NCBI RefSeq assembly: GCF_000143415.4
Contig: NW_003314280.1
Coordinates: 682,001-746,000 of the forward strand
From: Selaginella moellendorffii
Lineage: Eukaryota > Plantae > Lycopodiophyta
Length of the DNA: 64,000 bases
Direction of reading: 5' to 3'
Numbering within the stretch: position 1 is the first letter of the stretch; every line of letters begins with the position of its first letter. A model generated the notes under the pieces. It did no database searches. It was not told the origin of the DNA and saw nothing but the letters and a program-made list of their open reading frames with translations. Below, piece after piece: positions 43,401-56,791 of this stretch. A program made the translations under genes and the position numbers.

Positions 43401-43502
43401 CAAAAGAAACTTGGCATATCTCATTGAGTCATGTGTATCTATAGCTTTAGATTTTCTTCTTTTCCATGTTCCAAGAGGAGACAATCAGGAAAGCAGACAC
43501 TA

Positions 43503-44968
43503 TTAAAGCATACGTTTGGGAGCATAAACAGCAAGGGACTCCTCCAGCCTCAGCCATTCCTCGGCCATCTGTCTCTTATAGTTAACCGACTGAGGCACAA
43601 ACTCTGCACGTCGAAACCCAAGAAGATAGCCAGCATAGCGCCCCGATCTCTCCAAATTCGAGACAACAATGCTCTTGTTGTCAATCCCTCCATGAAGGAT
43701 ACCCCGATCATGCATCGCTTGCAGTGCCTCTCTTGCGCCAGAGCCAAGAGCTTCATACTGCTCGCTCGTCAAAGGTATGTCCAAGTTTCCCGTCCTAACA
43801 TCCGACATCATCGTGTAGAGAAACATCCCCCCGCCAAAGAAACCATACGAGTAGAGGTGTGGTATGCAGCGTCCCTGGTACTTGTGCAGCCTCTGGTAGA
43901 CTTTAATCTCTGTGACCGTGCTCTTGAGGCATGTTTCGAAATCACTTCGCCAGCAGGTTAGATCCATGATCTTCAAAGCCACAGTTTTGCCCCGGTACTT
44001 TGCTCGAACCACACTCGCGCTCTGTGACACAAGCCTGGTCACTTCCTCTAGCTCGCGCTCGTCGATGCCACGTAGCATGGATTCAACCTTGTCAAGCCTG
44101 CCAAGTCCCATCTCTTGGCACGCTGCCATAAACCTGTGATTGAGCAAGCGAATGCCATCGAACGAAAACTTCCTTGTGGGCGACACGCCAGAAGGTGGGG
44201 ATGGCGAACGCCTGCCTAAATGCATAGCGTAGCCCAGAGATAACAGTGTTGTGGGATCATCCTTGGAAGCAACGTGAACTTTCAACCCGTCATCTATCCG
44301 GAAACAAAACGCTAAATGCTCCGCAAAGGCCACCATCCCGATGGAGACCTGGTTTAGTACCATGTACACCCAGAGCCTTGCATACACAAGCTTGCTACTA
44401 GAAGACTCCATCCCATCCAATGTGATGACTCCCAGAAACATCATCTCATCCCCTGCAAAACCGAGACCGAAGAATAGCAAAGAATTTATTGCAAAGAGAG
44501 AACTTCAAGAACAAGGAACTTACTTTCGCTGATAGTGCATATTTCGGCCCTGCCGATCGTCGGCCCACGCGGCCCACACGAGAGCTCGTGGCGAATGAAG
44601 GGTTTCATGGCCAATGCCAGTTCCCAATGTGGATTCCCTGCAATCGGCGGATCTGCTGCCGTCCTCTTTCCAGGGGCAGGCAGAGAATCATCCCGGTGAA
44701 GCGATAACCACCTGTCAAAGAGCTGCCCAAAATCTTGCCATGATTCGAGCTGCAGATCCTCGGCTGGGCACAAGTCGTCTAGGCGAGGGTAAGAAGAAGA
44801 CGAGGCGGACGATGTTGAGGACCACTTCAATAGGAGAACTCCATGTAGGTCGCGTAGATGTAGCTTTTGGGGCGGCGAGCGCGGTAGATCAGGCCAACCT
44901 GGAACTGGGTCTTCTCGGGGAGGAACCGGCCTACACCGACGAAGTGGAAGTACCCTGCGCTCCTCCAT
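43503..44968 (-). CDS. Crinkler-like protein: putative inactive REase-fold region plus atypical kinase domain lacking catalytic Asp residues
   Basis: Two exons joined in frame by a GT-AG intron at 44453-44523; YRGKTVALK, EIKVYQRLHKYQGRCIPHLYSYG, LQAMHDRGILHGGI, LLGFRRA. Confidence 0.7.
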
Positions 44969-45289
44969 CCTTGCGCTAAAATTAGACACGCAAGTTATCA
45001 CTTTCTCTTTCGTCGATGCTCATCCCGTTGCCACCTGTCTCTTCGGTCGGATCGGACACGATCGTATGAAAGACGCGGCTCTGTTCTCCCCCATAGTTGA
45101 CACCAGGACTCTTGCTACTGCTAAATCATTAACCGAGCGAACGAGCAATCCCAGAGCGCCTTCAAAAACGAGAAACTTGTCCACCTGAGCCTCCTGTGTG
45201 TGTCGCAGGTGATGTCCTGCGATCCCATGGAGCCTGATCGATTCACCACGTCTGGCAAACACGAAGTTGATAGTGAACTCTAGTCAGTT

Positions 45290-48200
45290 GTGTCGGTCTT
45301 CAGTCACATAGCCTTGCTTTTGGCGGGAGGAGGAACTCTTCGCTCTTCTGGACGGCTTTGTAAGCTTCCTGTTGTGTAGAAGATAAAATATGAAGTTTAT
45401 GTACCTTGCACCAAGAAGACATGCATGGAAGTCCGGCTCGCCGCTGCCGAATCCACGAGACGTAATCCCCTCGAAGAAGTCTTTCAGAGCTTCCAGCCGG
45501 CTTTCCTGCGCAGTAACCGCTGCTTACAACTTGGAGATCGCTTCCCACCACTCCACCATGATCCTGGGAGCTTCCGTTACCACGTACTTCTTCGAGGGGA
45601 TTAACGAATGCCGAGAGCGTCTGCAGGTTCATGTCGCGAAAGAGGCCTGGCCTTGGAACTGAACTCTATTGTCGAAGCCTTGACACCGGAGAAAACCAGT
45701 ATGCTAGTCCACTGCCTCTTCTGTGAGTGACAATTTATGTCGAAGAATTTCGGTATTATTCCCACACCAAGATCACTCCAATTGTCTTCACGTGCATGTA
45801 AAGCGTCGACTCCGGATCCAGATTCAGGCCCCTACATATGATCTCCCGGTCGGCCTCTGGCCGCAACTCTCGGCATCATGGTCCACGCTCACGACTTCGA
45901 CGACATATCCAAGTGTAGAACTTGACAGAACTTGACGGTAATCGACTAATGCTTCATGCTCTTGGCAGTCGAAAAGCCCGGGCCTTGGTGCTCCTAGCAG
46001 CATTCCCACTTTCCTTACTGCCCATATTCCTGGTTTTTAACGAGGCAGCCGTGCGGAGAAGTACTTTACTGCCATTTGATTCATCAGCATTTCCGAGGCA
46101 ATATTCCGGATGGTCCGCGAGGCAGAGGAAACTCTTGGGGGGGGGGGGGGGGGGGGGGCTGGAAGCAACTATAGCCTTTTTAAATTAAACAGAAAGAGCT
46201 GCTCTGTGCTCTCTTTCGATTACTTTTGGAGGAGTCTTGGCCTCATAGAGATGTGTTTCAGACGCCAAGTACCAAGCGTTTTTCTCTAGTTCATTGAAGA
46301 TGTTGAACGAAATGAGGAACAATGAGGATCTGCTGCTGTTTTGAACCTTGATAAAACTTCAATCCAGCTGATTCATCCAAGTTTAGGTACTTGACTTGTT
46401 TTCTTGAAAATAGCTGCAGTGACAATCAATGATAAATTCTAATGTTCAGGATGTAGCTAGAAAAGTCATGCCCTCCTTCCACCAGAGCTCGCAACATTTC
46501 TTTGAGAATCAAGTCAATGGTGAAGATCCTCTGGACTGCGAGCTCACAAGAAAGCAAATAATTCTGCCAAAAGAAATCAAATATCAAGAAAGGACCGGCT
46601 TTTGTTGGCTCATTGCCATCAAAACCATTTCTGTAACGGAGGAGCCATCCTCCACAAGCAAGTGAGTGCATTTCTCGTCGGATCTTTCCACACAGCATGC
46701 CCTTGAATGATCACACCAGATTTTGGCTCTAACAACTCAAAAGCAGTGTTTGCCGTTGAAATCGAACCTGGGAGGCTGAAACGCAAAAGAAGACATGCTC
46801 GTACATTCCGGATGTCCTCCCGATCAGTGCTTGGTTCCAATCGCAGCTGCTTGCGACGCGCCTTTGACGTCTTTCACTAGAGTATTTCTCCCTCGAATCC
46901 TTGAATAAAAAACGAAGCACGATTAAATCATCCATGACACTCATAGTGTCCCAAAATAGAATCACACCGACTTAAAAAAACTTACCAGCCGCATAACATT
47001 CATCCTTTTTATATCTTAGTAAAGTGCTTCCTTAATTTGTTCGTCAATGCTTATAGACGACCGAGACCTCTTTGCCGAGGCTTTGAACACCTGTAAACAG
47101 TCTCAGCGATAAAAACTACAACGCATGAGGCTTTGTGCTTACTTACGAGTTCGAGCTAAGTTGGGAACTCCTACGCTTTTGTAAGTTCCCTCCCCTCTTC
47201 GTATTCCATATCTAGAGGTAAAAGAAAGCTTGGTGACTTGAAACTCAGTGGCGAAGCACCTGAAGCGCGGAAGTTCAGATATAAAGTATTAGCGGCCATA
47301 GATTCTCGCAGCTCCTACCACTGGCCTTCTCAGTGCAATACTGCCTGGAAACTGCCACTGAGAACGAAAAGCTTCCAAAACATGAAAATCAAGAGATTAC
47401 CTGCACTGCTGTGTTCTGTCAGTGGCCACAGTGATGATCGTCTTCCTGAGTACAACTTTCGAAGTCTGGACCATATCCCGTCTTCCAGAAACTTCAGGTG
47501 GATATCGAGCTGTGCAGTGTATCATGCACATCTCAGCCGCACCGTGGCTGATGCACATCTTCTCATGACAGGCATGAGTGTGGTCGATCACCGCCACAGA
47601 ATAAACGCTACACCCAGTCTCGCCACAGGTGTGGCTCTTCAGCTTGGAGTCGTGCAGACGCATAGCTGTCTTCCAGATAAAATCAAACAGCATACCTTCT
47701 CCATCCATTTCTCCAAGGCAACTTCCATCAAGGCCGAAATTGGTATTCTGCAACTGCTACCGAGAATCCTGCCAAGTTCCTAAGAAGCGCTTTTTGTCCG
47801 GAGCTCCCACGCCAAAAGGGATCTGTGACGTACAAGCTTTTGAAAAAAAAAACTAAGACAATTTGAAGAACAAACTTACCGATCAATAGATCGGCTGTAA
47901 TACGTGAACCACATATGCTAGTGCGTCCCAAAAAATCCAAAGGGTTCATATGAACAGCATTTTCATGAGCATATCCTGGAAAAAAGGATAGAAGGAAAAA
48001 AGATAAAATATCCGAATCTAAAACTTACCTGCTACTTGTGCGATAACTCCTCTTAAATGCTCATCCATTACATTGTACTGATAAGCACCTTCTATGTATT
48101 CAGCTGAAAACCCTCTTACGTTGTTTGGTAATTTATAGTCACCTGCAGCTTTCACGACATCACCAGTTGGAAATCAGGGATACCTTCAAAAGTTAAAATA

Positions 48201-48400
48201 CATTCTCAAATATTTAAATTTTAAAAAAAAAGAAAAATACCTTGGTACCCTGAAACAGATCTATACAACCATTGTAGTCTGTCAAAGCACCCTGAAGAAA
48301 AGAAAACCAACATGAGTTTTTACTCCCTCCTCCAGCTCTATGCTAAGATTATCTTTCCACCAACCCGAAACTAATCCCATGGCTGCTGACGATGGAAAAG
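45290..48400 (-). pseudogene. Uncharacterised multi-exon gene or pseudogene(s)
   Basis: Repeated minus-strand splice donors (cttac at ~46981, 47876, 48023) and protein-like exon frames interrupted by stops; no family recognised. Confidence 0.35.
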
Positions 48401-48429
48401 AGCATAATATATGCCTAATACCCATATCC

Positions 48430-48495
48430 ACAAGCCTAAAAATTCGAAAAAGAAAAACCAAAACAAGCCTAAAAATTCGAAAAAGAAAAACCAAA
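48430..48495. repeat. 33-bp tandem duplication
   Basis: acaagcctaaaaattcgaaaaagaaaaaccaaa x2. Confidence 0.85.
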
Positions 48496-49306
48496 ATCAG
48501 AACCAATGAGAAGTTTACTTACTCATCAAACAACTCCCACTTAAAAACAGTTCCTGGCTCGTGCCATGTGCGCGAAATAGTGCAGCTCGTTGGCTAATTG
48601 CGCATGTCAAACAATGGAAGCAGTGGAGAGTTTAAAACCTGCCATAATGGCCTGTCTTTAGTAGCAGCCATCCTGTGAAATAGCTCCAGATCAAACTAGC
48701 TAGCTGCAACTACTCAAACCTGAACCGCTCGCCTGTGAATGCCGCCTCTAGGCAGAGCGAATGAGATCCATCAATCGATTGCTATAGGATCATTACCTCT
48801 TGTATGCTGGAGGAATGAATCCAGCACCGGGAGCAGCGTGCAAGAGATCGATCGCACCTTGTTTGCAGCAGCTAGGAATTTCTCCACTTTCCAGCCAGGG
48901 TTTTTGAGCAAGAATCCCTTTTCTTCTCTCCATGAATTATCCATGGTTGGAGGTGGATAACTGACAAATATCCGGTTATAAATCCCTTAAGGGTGTATCT
49001 TGTGGAATTTCTGCTTTAATATGGATCTCTTCTAAATTTTTTAGAATGTTCCGGTTGATAGTTAAATGCACATAGTTCAGCACGTTGATCTCTAGCTATA
49101 TTTTGCTGGATCTCCTTGCTACATCTAAGTACCATGAAAAGTCAAGGCTTGAGTTGAAATATTTATCTGAAGGTCTCTTTTATATCTTTAAGGTTGTTTG
49201 TCTTGGCTTTAAAAGTTGAGTTGGTTAAGTAAAAATGTGGGTTTGGTTGAGGGTGGTGAATAAAACCAATATTGAAATTGATGATATGGATAGTTAATAA
49301 AGGTTG

Positions 49307-52300
49307 TGTGAGATCCAAGTGTATGGTTATGATGTTGTATATTAATATTAATATAGTGGGATTTTGGTAGCCATTAGATTAGTTTTAATTTAGATCATTC
49401 ACTCTTGTATATAAACTAAGGTTTTTGGGTTAATTTATATGCACATTTTCTGTATTCCCTTTCCATATTCCATTAACTCACATTGGTGGAGATGAAGAGT
49501 AATTTTGATTGTTCTTGAAGAGTGCTTGGATTTGGGATTTTAGTTTATGTCTAGCTTTTGCACTGTCTAAATCTAATTTTTTCCATTTCCTTTATTTTGT
49601 TTTTTCCTTTTAGGATTTTGGTTTAGATTTAGCTTTTGCATTGTTTAGATCTCCCTTTTCTTCTAACCTTTTTTTCATTTCTCTTCTTTTACTCTTTTTT
49701 TTTCATTCATCTTCATGGCAGAGCAGTAATCTCTTCCTCCTTTAACTCTAGAGTAGCAATTGGTTTAATTACTTGATGCAATGTGATTTCAATTGAACAA
49801 CTAAACTCAGTTAATGGTGGCATTCATGGCACATGGTACAACTCCTGCTCTTGGTGTCAACCCTCGCATTCGACCAAAGTTATTTCATGGGAATCCTAGA
49901 GATGATGTGTATTATTGGTTCGATCACTTCATAGTGATTGCCACATATCATTCTTGGGATAATGCTCAATGTTTGTTTCCCATGTGTCTCCAAAGGGATG
50001 GCGCTATAATGGTACAATGGTTTGAGTGCAGCCACTCGTGGAGTGTTCTCTTGAACATCTTCAAACACACATTGGAACATGCTGACAATTCTAATGATGC
50101 CTTCCAACAATTGCATCGTATTTGTCAAAGGCTTTTGAGTCGGTGATGCAATTTGGCATTCCTTTCCAAAGCCTCTTGCTTTATGCAGAGCTAAATATGT
50201 CAGAGCAGATTAAACTAGGAATGTTATGGCTAGCACTTTGTCAAGATCTTGTTAAATTTATGCATGCATTTACTCTAGCCACCCTTGACAATGCTTTTCG
50301 TTTATCACAATGTTATGAGACATCGCCTTTTCCACTTCTCACTGCATATCCTTCAGCTCCACTTCATGTGGGCAATGATCCTGTTCCAATGGAGGTTGAT
50401 GTTGTTGCTACTTGAGTACAAAGACAAAGGGGGTGAAGACATAGTTATGGCCATGATATTCATTATTGGGCATGTGATGAAGTTGGTTACACTTATCAAC
50501 GTTGTTGGTGTTTTCTGGATTAGTGGCCTCCATTTCCTGGGTGGAGACCTTGGCGTCAATAATGTCCTATTAGTGTTGCTACAATGGAAGGTCTAGACAC
50601 CAAGATGCATCCAGAAAACGAGGAGTCATGCGAGTAATGAAGGGACCTTGTGCAAATAAATCAATAACCCCTCCATCTATCTTTTGGAAGTATCATCAAG
50701 AGGTTCACTTGACATTAATTCATCCAATGTTTACTTTCCAAACTCTTTTTTATAACAAGAGGTCTCATATTATTCTCTTTGTGTTGGTTGATACAAGTTC
50801 GAGTTTATCTTCTATTGCTCGATCTGTTGCCACATGTTACGATCTACACTTGTATTGTGCAGTGGAGCTAGTTTTCATTCTTTATGGCAACGACCATACA
50901 CATGCATATGCATGGGAAGAGGCAGACCTAATTGTGCATATGGGTGATCTTGAGCTTGGGTTGCAATCATTGCAAGTGGTGTTGAGTTAAGCTTTTGACC
51001 TCATTCGTGGTATGGATTGGTTGCAGCACAATCATAGCAAGTGTGATTTTGAGGTTTCTCCCCTTTATCTCACACTTTCCTATATTTCATCCATTCCTCT
51101 CATTTCTATACCTTTTTGTTCCTCTACTTTTCCATTACTTTTCTCTTTATTACTGTAAGCTCCTGAGTTTAGACTTCCCAGGAGGTCACCCAGCCTAGTA
51201 CTATTCAAACCCAAGGACGCTTAACCCCAAATATCCCAAGACCCTTAACCGATTGGAAAAGGGGGTGCACTCTTGTTCATGGGCCCTTTCCCTCTATATT
51301 TGAACCCCATGGATCGTCTCTCAAGTCGTTCCCTTTGGTTGCTTACAATCCACCACGCTTCCCTGCAAGTTCACGCCCTCGTGAACGGAAGCTGAGAGCC
51401 GCAGCTCTCCCGAGAGCCCCGCTCTCTTGACACCCTACCCCTCGGGTCGAGCCCAGCGGGAGCAAACTGGACCAGCCAGATGTCAATCAACATGTGGTGT
51501 GATTCCCTTAGCCAACCAACTTAGTCGGACCCGAGACCTCTCTGATACCAAATGTAAGCTCCTGAGTTTGGACTTCCCGGGAGGTCACCCAGCCCAGTAC
51601 TATTCAAACCCAAGGATGCTTAACCCCAAATATCCCAAGACCCTTAACCAATTGGAAAAGGGGGTGCACTCTTGTTCATGGGCCCTTTCCCTCTATATTT
51701 GAACCCCATGGATCGTCTCTCAAGTCGTTCCCTTTGGTTGCTTACAATTACTTCCTCCTATATTTCCGTTTTGTTCCACACTTTCTTTTTCTAATCCCTC
51801 TGACAATCTTTGTGTTGTAATGGTTGACCAATTCATGAAGGAGTATGCTAATTTCTTTGAATTTGACTTATCGTCTAGGGTTAAGATTGCCACACGTAAT
51901 CTGATTTCAACCAAGGATACTCATCCAATCAAAGTTCCTGTTTGTCATTAGTCACCCAAAGATATCAAGATTTTACATACAAATATCAAGGAGATATTGG
52001 AAAAGAGTGTTATTCGAAAGTTATGGAGTCCTTGGGCATGTGAACTTCATCTTGTAACGAAATCTAATGGGAATATTCATTTCTGCATCAACTATCATCC
52101 ATTAAACAAAGTGATAATCCCGAATGTGTACCCTTTTCTTCACATTGCTGATTTCTTAGGTTATTTATGGAGAAATCGTTGGTTCACCAAGTTAGATTTT
52201 GCTTCTGGGTACTAATAAATACCAATGGCTGAAGAAAATATTTTTAAAATTGTTTTTCATATACCGTTTGGTTTGTACAAGTTTTTGGTGATGCTGTTTA

Positions 52301-54746
52301 GTTTGAACAATGCTTCAGCAACTTTCTAGTGGATGATAGACGAGGTTCTTTGCGATATGCAGAGATGACTGCTGACTTCATTGATGATGTCTTTATCCAC
52401 TCGAAGGGATGTGGGAGGAACATGTCCGTGATGTTTGTAAAGTGTTGGATTGACTATAGGATGTTGGTTTAAAGTTGAAATGGTCAAAGTGCGTGTTTGG
52501 GTCCAAGGACACGAATTATCTTGGGTACCGTATTTCTTGTGAGGGTTTGCAAGTTGACCCTGAAAAACTTGTGGCTGTTCTAAAGTTCCCTACTTTGAAG
52601 TGTGTAAATGATATACAACACTTCCTAGGCAAAGCGCGATATTTCGGTTGTTTTGTAGATCATTTTTTTGATTGCACTACACTATTGGGAGCATTGTTAA
52701 AGTTATCAACGTCATCTTTCATTTGGTCTCCGGATTGTGAGCAGGCATTCATGAATCTCAAAGAGCTATTGATGACTCTTTTGGTTTTGGCATATCCTAA
52801 TTACACCCAACCTTTCAATTTGTGCATGGATGCTTCTGATATTAGTTTTGGAGGTGTGCTGATGCAAGAGAGCATGCGTGTGTTTAGTCTGCACAATCCC
52901 ATTGCATGTATAAGCGAAGGTGAACTACTCCACGATAGAGAAGGAGTGTTTAACAGCAGTCTGGGGTTTTGAGAAACTTTATGCATATCTACATGGTTCT
53001 CATACATTACTAAAAGGTGATCATGCTACCATTACTTCATTATTGAAGCGGAAGAACTTGGTTAGTCATACTAGTCGGTGGGCTTTAAAGCTTTAGATAT
53101 ATAATTTTGATGTTATTTATTGCCTAGAGAGTTCTATGGCTGATGCTAATCCTTTTTTCAAGCTCCTATTCTTCACTTTCTTCTCATGTTTCTGACGAGT
53201 CTGTTGTTCCAACATTTGTGGATTTTCTAAACAAAGATTTTTTGCCGTCGGTAGTTACTGTATTTGATGTTCAATGTCCACAAGGTGCAAAACAAGATCT
53301 ACCTTCTCTTGATGAAGTTCACAAAGTTTAAAAGATTGAGCCATGGATTCAGAGGCTTTGAGATGGGTTTGAAAATCTTACATCACTTGCTGATGACTTG
53401 CCATTCTGGCATTTATATTATCAATATTGCCTTAAAGATGACGTTTTTTATTTTGAGAGGATGGATCCTAATGATTATTTACAACTAGTGGTGCCTTTCA
53501 TCTTTATTCCATGATTTCTCCATACTTACCATGATTCTTTTAATCTATGCAGGTATATGGGACATCATCATATGACTAAGAAGTTACGCAAGTCTTTCTA
53601 TTGGCTAGAGATGCGACCTGATATTATCCAGTATGTGTGTAGTTGCATTTGGTGCTATGCTCATAATACTCCCTCTCGTGCCATGAAAGGACGGTTGGAG
53701 TTAATTGCAGTTTCCCATCCATTTGAGTTAGTGACGTTTGATCTTATGGGACCTTTTCCATGATCAATTGTTAGCAATGAATATATTATTATTGCTTCTG
53801 ACTATTTGACTCATTGGGTGGAAGCTAGTGCTCTTGTTAGTGCCTCTGTAACTACTGTTGGACACTTCCTCCTCAATCGAGTGGTGTTTTAGCATTTTTA
53901 TCTAGAGCAGATTCTTTCAGATAAAAAGAATAATCACAAAGTATGTGAACTTTTAGCATTCGGATTGAGATGGTTATTTTTCATCTCTTTGGTATACATA
54001 TGTCATAGGGGTGTAGAGTTCTGTTGGTGTTTCACCATATAAACTCTTATATGGTCATGATCCAATATTACCAACGAAGCTGAGTTTACCTTTGCGATTG
54101 CCACAAGTTGCCAATGCTAGGTCGTTGGATTAGTATTTGATAAGCATTCTTCCATTTATCCAAGCAGAGTCTACCAAACACTTAGGCCGTATACAAGTGA
54201 GATAACAATAATGCTACAACTCCCATCATTATCCACCTGTAAAGTACAAAGTGGATGACTTAGTGTTAGTCTATTTTCCCCATTTTACGGTATATAGTTT
54301 ATCTAAGGGGCTCTTTGCTTAGTGGAAATGACCATATTGGGTGTTGTGGCAAGTTGGACCACAAGTTTATGAGATTCGACATGACGTATAGCAGGCTGAT
54401 CCTCTAGAAATTGTGCATGTGTAGTGGTTGAAACACTTCATATAAAGGGATTAGGAACAATTGATACCACCTATAGATTCGCCGATGCCTCCTCCTGACA
54501 TTCCTCCAAATCCCGGCCTATCTACAAGAGAATTTTGATGGTCTTCTATTTTTCTGAGAGGAGGGGATGATGGGAGGTCCAAGTATATGGCTACGATGCT
54601 GTATACTAATATTAGTGTAATGGGATTTTGGTAACCATCAGATTGATTTCAATCTTGACCATTCGCTCTTACATATAAGTTAGGGTTTTTGGGCTAATTG
54701 ATATGCACATTTTCTATATTCCCTTTCCATATTCCATACACTCATA
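49307..54746 (+). mobile_element. Old, hypermutated copy of the same Ty3/gypsy family as 32701-37710
   Basis: Diverged LTRs at 49307-49482 and 54571-54746, same PBS and PPT, colinear gag-pol with many stops, a deletion in integrase and a nested TRIM. Confidence 0.95.
51154..51746 (-). mobile_element. Cassandra-type TRIM (593 bp) with 5S rRNA-derived Pol III promoter in each LTR
   Basis: 194-bp LTRs at 51154-51347 and 51553-51746 (TGTAAGC...GCTTACA, 5 transitions apart); perfect ATTAC TSD; iMet PBS TGGTATCAGAG; purine-rich PPT; 5S-like GTTAAGCGTCCTTGGG...TAGTACTAGGCTGGGTGACCTCCTGGGAAGTC. Confidence 0.93.
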
Positions 54747-55639
54747 GCTAGAATATATGCAAAAGAGTGAGATAGTGATTGATTACAGATGAGGCTAGCG
54801 TGTGTAACTCATCTTAGTTGTGTTGCTTGAGGCTTGTTACGAATATAAATAACAAGTTTTATGATGAGACACAATGCTTGAAGGTGCTGAATAACTGGTG
54901 TAAACTTTTCAGTCCAACACAGATATAATGGCTTTAAAAGGTAGTGTTTGCGTATTTTGAAAAAAAAAATGACTTGATACTTTGTTAAGGTTAAGCTCAA
55001 GGTTTTGATGAAGCTTCACTCTCCAAGTCTTAGTAAGAATCTCCCACTTAAGGCTAGTGGTATGTAGTTGATTTGTCAATGGATTTACTTCTAGTTATGT
55101 TGATCACTCAAGACTAAGAATTGAGTAGCTTGAACTTCCAAGACTCCTCTACATAAAACAGCTCAAATGGGTCTCAATAACCATCTACGCAAAATAGCGC
55201 CATAAGCTTCGTACTTCCCCAATGGTGGTAAGCTCCAATATGTAAGAATCTTGTTGTTAATATAAACTTCATTGATCACTTCAAACTCTTGTAATAATCT
55301 CAATGTATAAATGTCATGTGCTGAATGGTTTAAGACAACACTATGAACTATTTGAATAGCCACTAGATCAAAGTCTTGAATCATGGTTTGTAAAAATAGA
55401 AGCTTGTAGCTCAACTGGCAATGTGAATACAAATTGATTAAGACTGGGACTTGTATTAAACTTATGAGCTTAAGCTTAAGATAGTAGACATGTTTCACAT
55501 TTGACACAACACAACAAACATACTCTATCAGAATATCTTAGGTTTGAATAAATGACTAAACTATGCAGTGCCTCTTCATGAGGTTCCTCACCATATAAAC
55601 TACCCCTGAGCTACTTCAAAAGCTCCATTGTGCTGCAAT

Positions 55640-55900
55640 TGCTATTATAATGCAAACCTTCAAAGAAAAAGAGGTCTTGGATAAAGTGCTGATTTTTTGA
55701 AATGTCAACACCATAATGTCAGCTTATGACTGGGATTAACAGATACAAAGAGAACGTTCCTCTTAATGCCTTTTTACAATCAACTTGCATGGTGTGTTCT
55801 TCTAACTGGCTATAGAGATTACAGTGAATTTGATGAATTAATTGAAGCCTTCAATTGAATGCTCTTGCATGACATAGTGTTATGGAACATTATGATCTTA
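55640..55900 (+). pseudogene. Decayed PPR fragment
   Basis: EAFN*MLLHDIVLWNIMI resembles a PLS repeat. Confidence 0.4.
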
Positions 55901-56707
55901 GTCTTGTGAGTCTTGTCTTGTGAGTTTTGGGTGGGTGCGCTTGGTGAAAATGAGTTGGAGTGTGGTTGAGAGATATTTGCTGGCAAGTGTTGTGATCTTT
56001 GATCATATGATGATATATATATGCAAATATTTCATAAAAGTAAAATATCTATGGAATGCCCCTAACAAATTTATCATAAATACATGATCATGGATGTGTT
56101 TACTACCAGCCAGACTTCAACTATCCTTGAAGTCTCTAAAGAATGAAGTAGGTTGGTTGAAGAAAATTTTGAGTTGTAAAAGTCACAGATGGAAAGAGTT
56201 TTCAATAAAACACTATTATGCGTTAGATACTATAAAAAATTGAAACAACACAAAGAAGATTAGCATTGCAAGGATTATATATAAACCTTCATGGACATGG
56301 ATTGGGAGTTCTAGGGCACCAAAAGGACCCATAAGTTCTAGACTCAATGTTTTGTGCCGAAGGCTGCACGGCCATGGTGTTGCTGTTGAGCGACCATGAC
56401 ACAAAGGTAGCGAGCATGGGTGATTACTGCTGTGTGGCTTTCAGGGCCAGGGTGGCAGAAGAGCTGAGCCAGGATCACAAACTAGACCTCCCTGACAAGA
56501 GAGAGAGTGCATCGAGACCATAGATGGCAGTATTACTTTTGGGTGGCTCAAGGATCTCAATGTGAGTAGGGGCGCACTATAGGCATGGATAAACTATTTT
56601 GGCAAAATATAATAGGATTTTTACTCTCTTATATAATCCAAGGTAGTTATTTTTTCTCATTTTTTAAAAATGGTTTTAAGCATTGCCCTTTTTATAGGCT
56701 ATATTCC

Positions 56708-56791
56708 AAGTTGATAATTGCAATAGTAAAGTTTAAAGTTGATAATTGCAATAGTAGAGTTTAAAGTTGATAATTGCAATAGTAGAGTTTA
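56708..56791. repeat. 28-bp tandem repeat x3
   Basis: aagttgataattgcaatagta(a/g)agttta three times. Confidence 0.9.

Noticed and set aside
46137-46158. Poly-G run as a functional G-quadruplex
   Set aside because: Simple homopolymer in a pseudogenic region; length is error-prone and there is no supporting context
49252-49284. Third copy of the GGTGGT..AAAACCAATATT motif found upstream of the secreted-protein genes
   Set aside because: Short, gapped match with no adjacent paralogous ORF; may be chance
51172-51225. 5S rRNA gene
   Set aside because: Only the internal promoter part is present, in both LTRs of a TSD-flanked element; the 5' half of 5S and the T-run terminator are missing
56708-56791. 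CRISPR-like array
   Set aside because: Head-to-tail 28-bp tandem repeat with no spacers, no cas genes and a eukaryotic context
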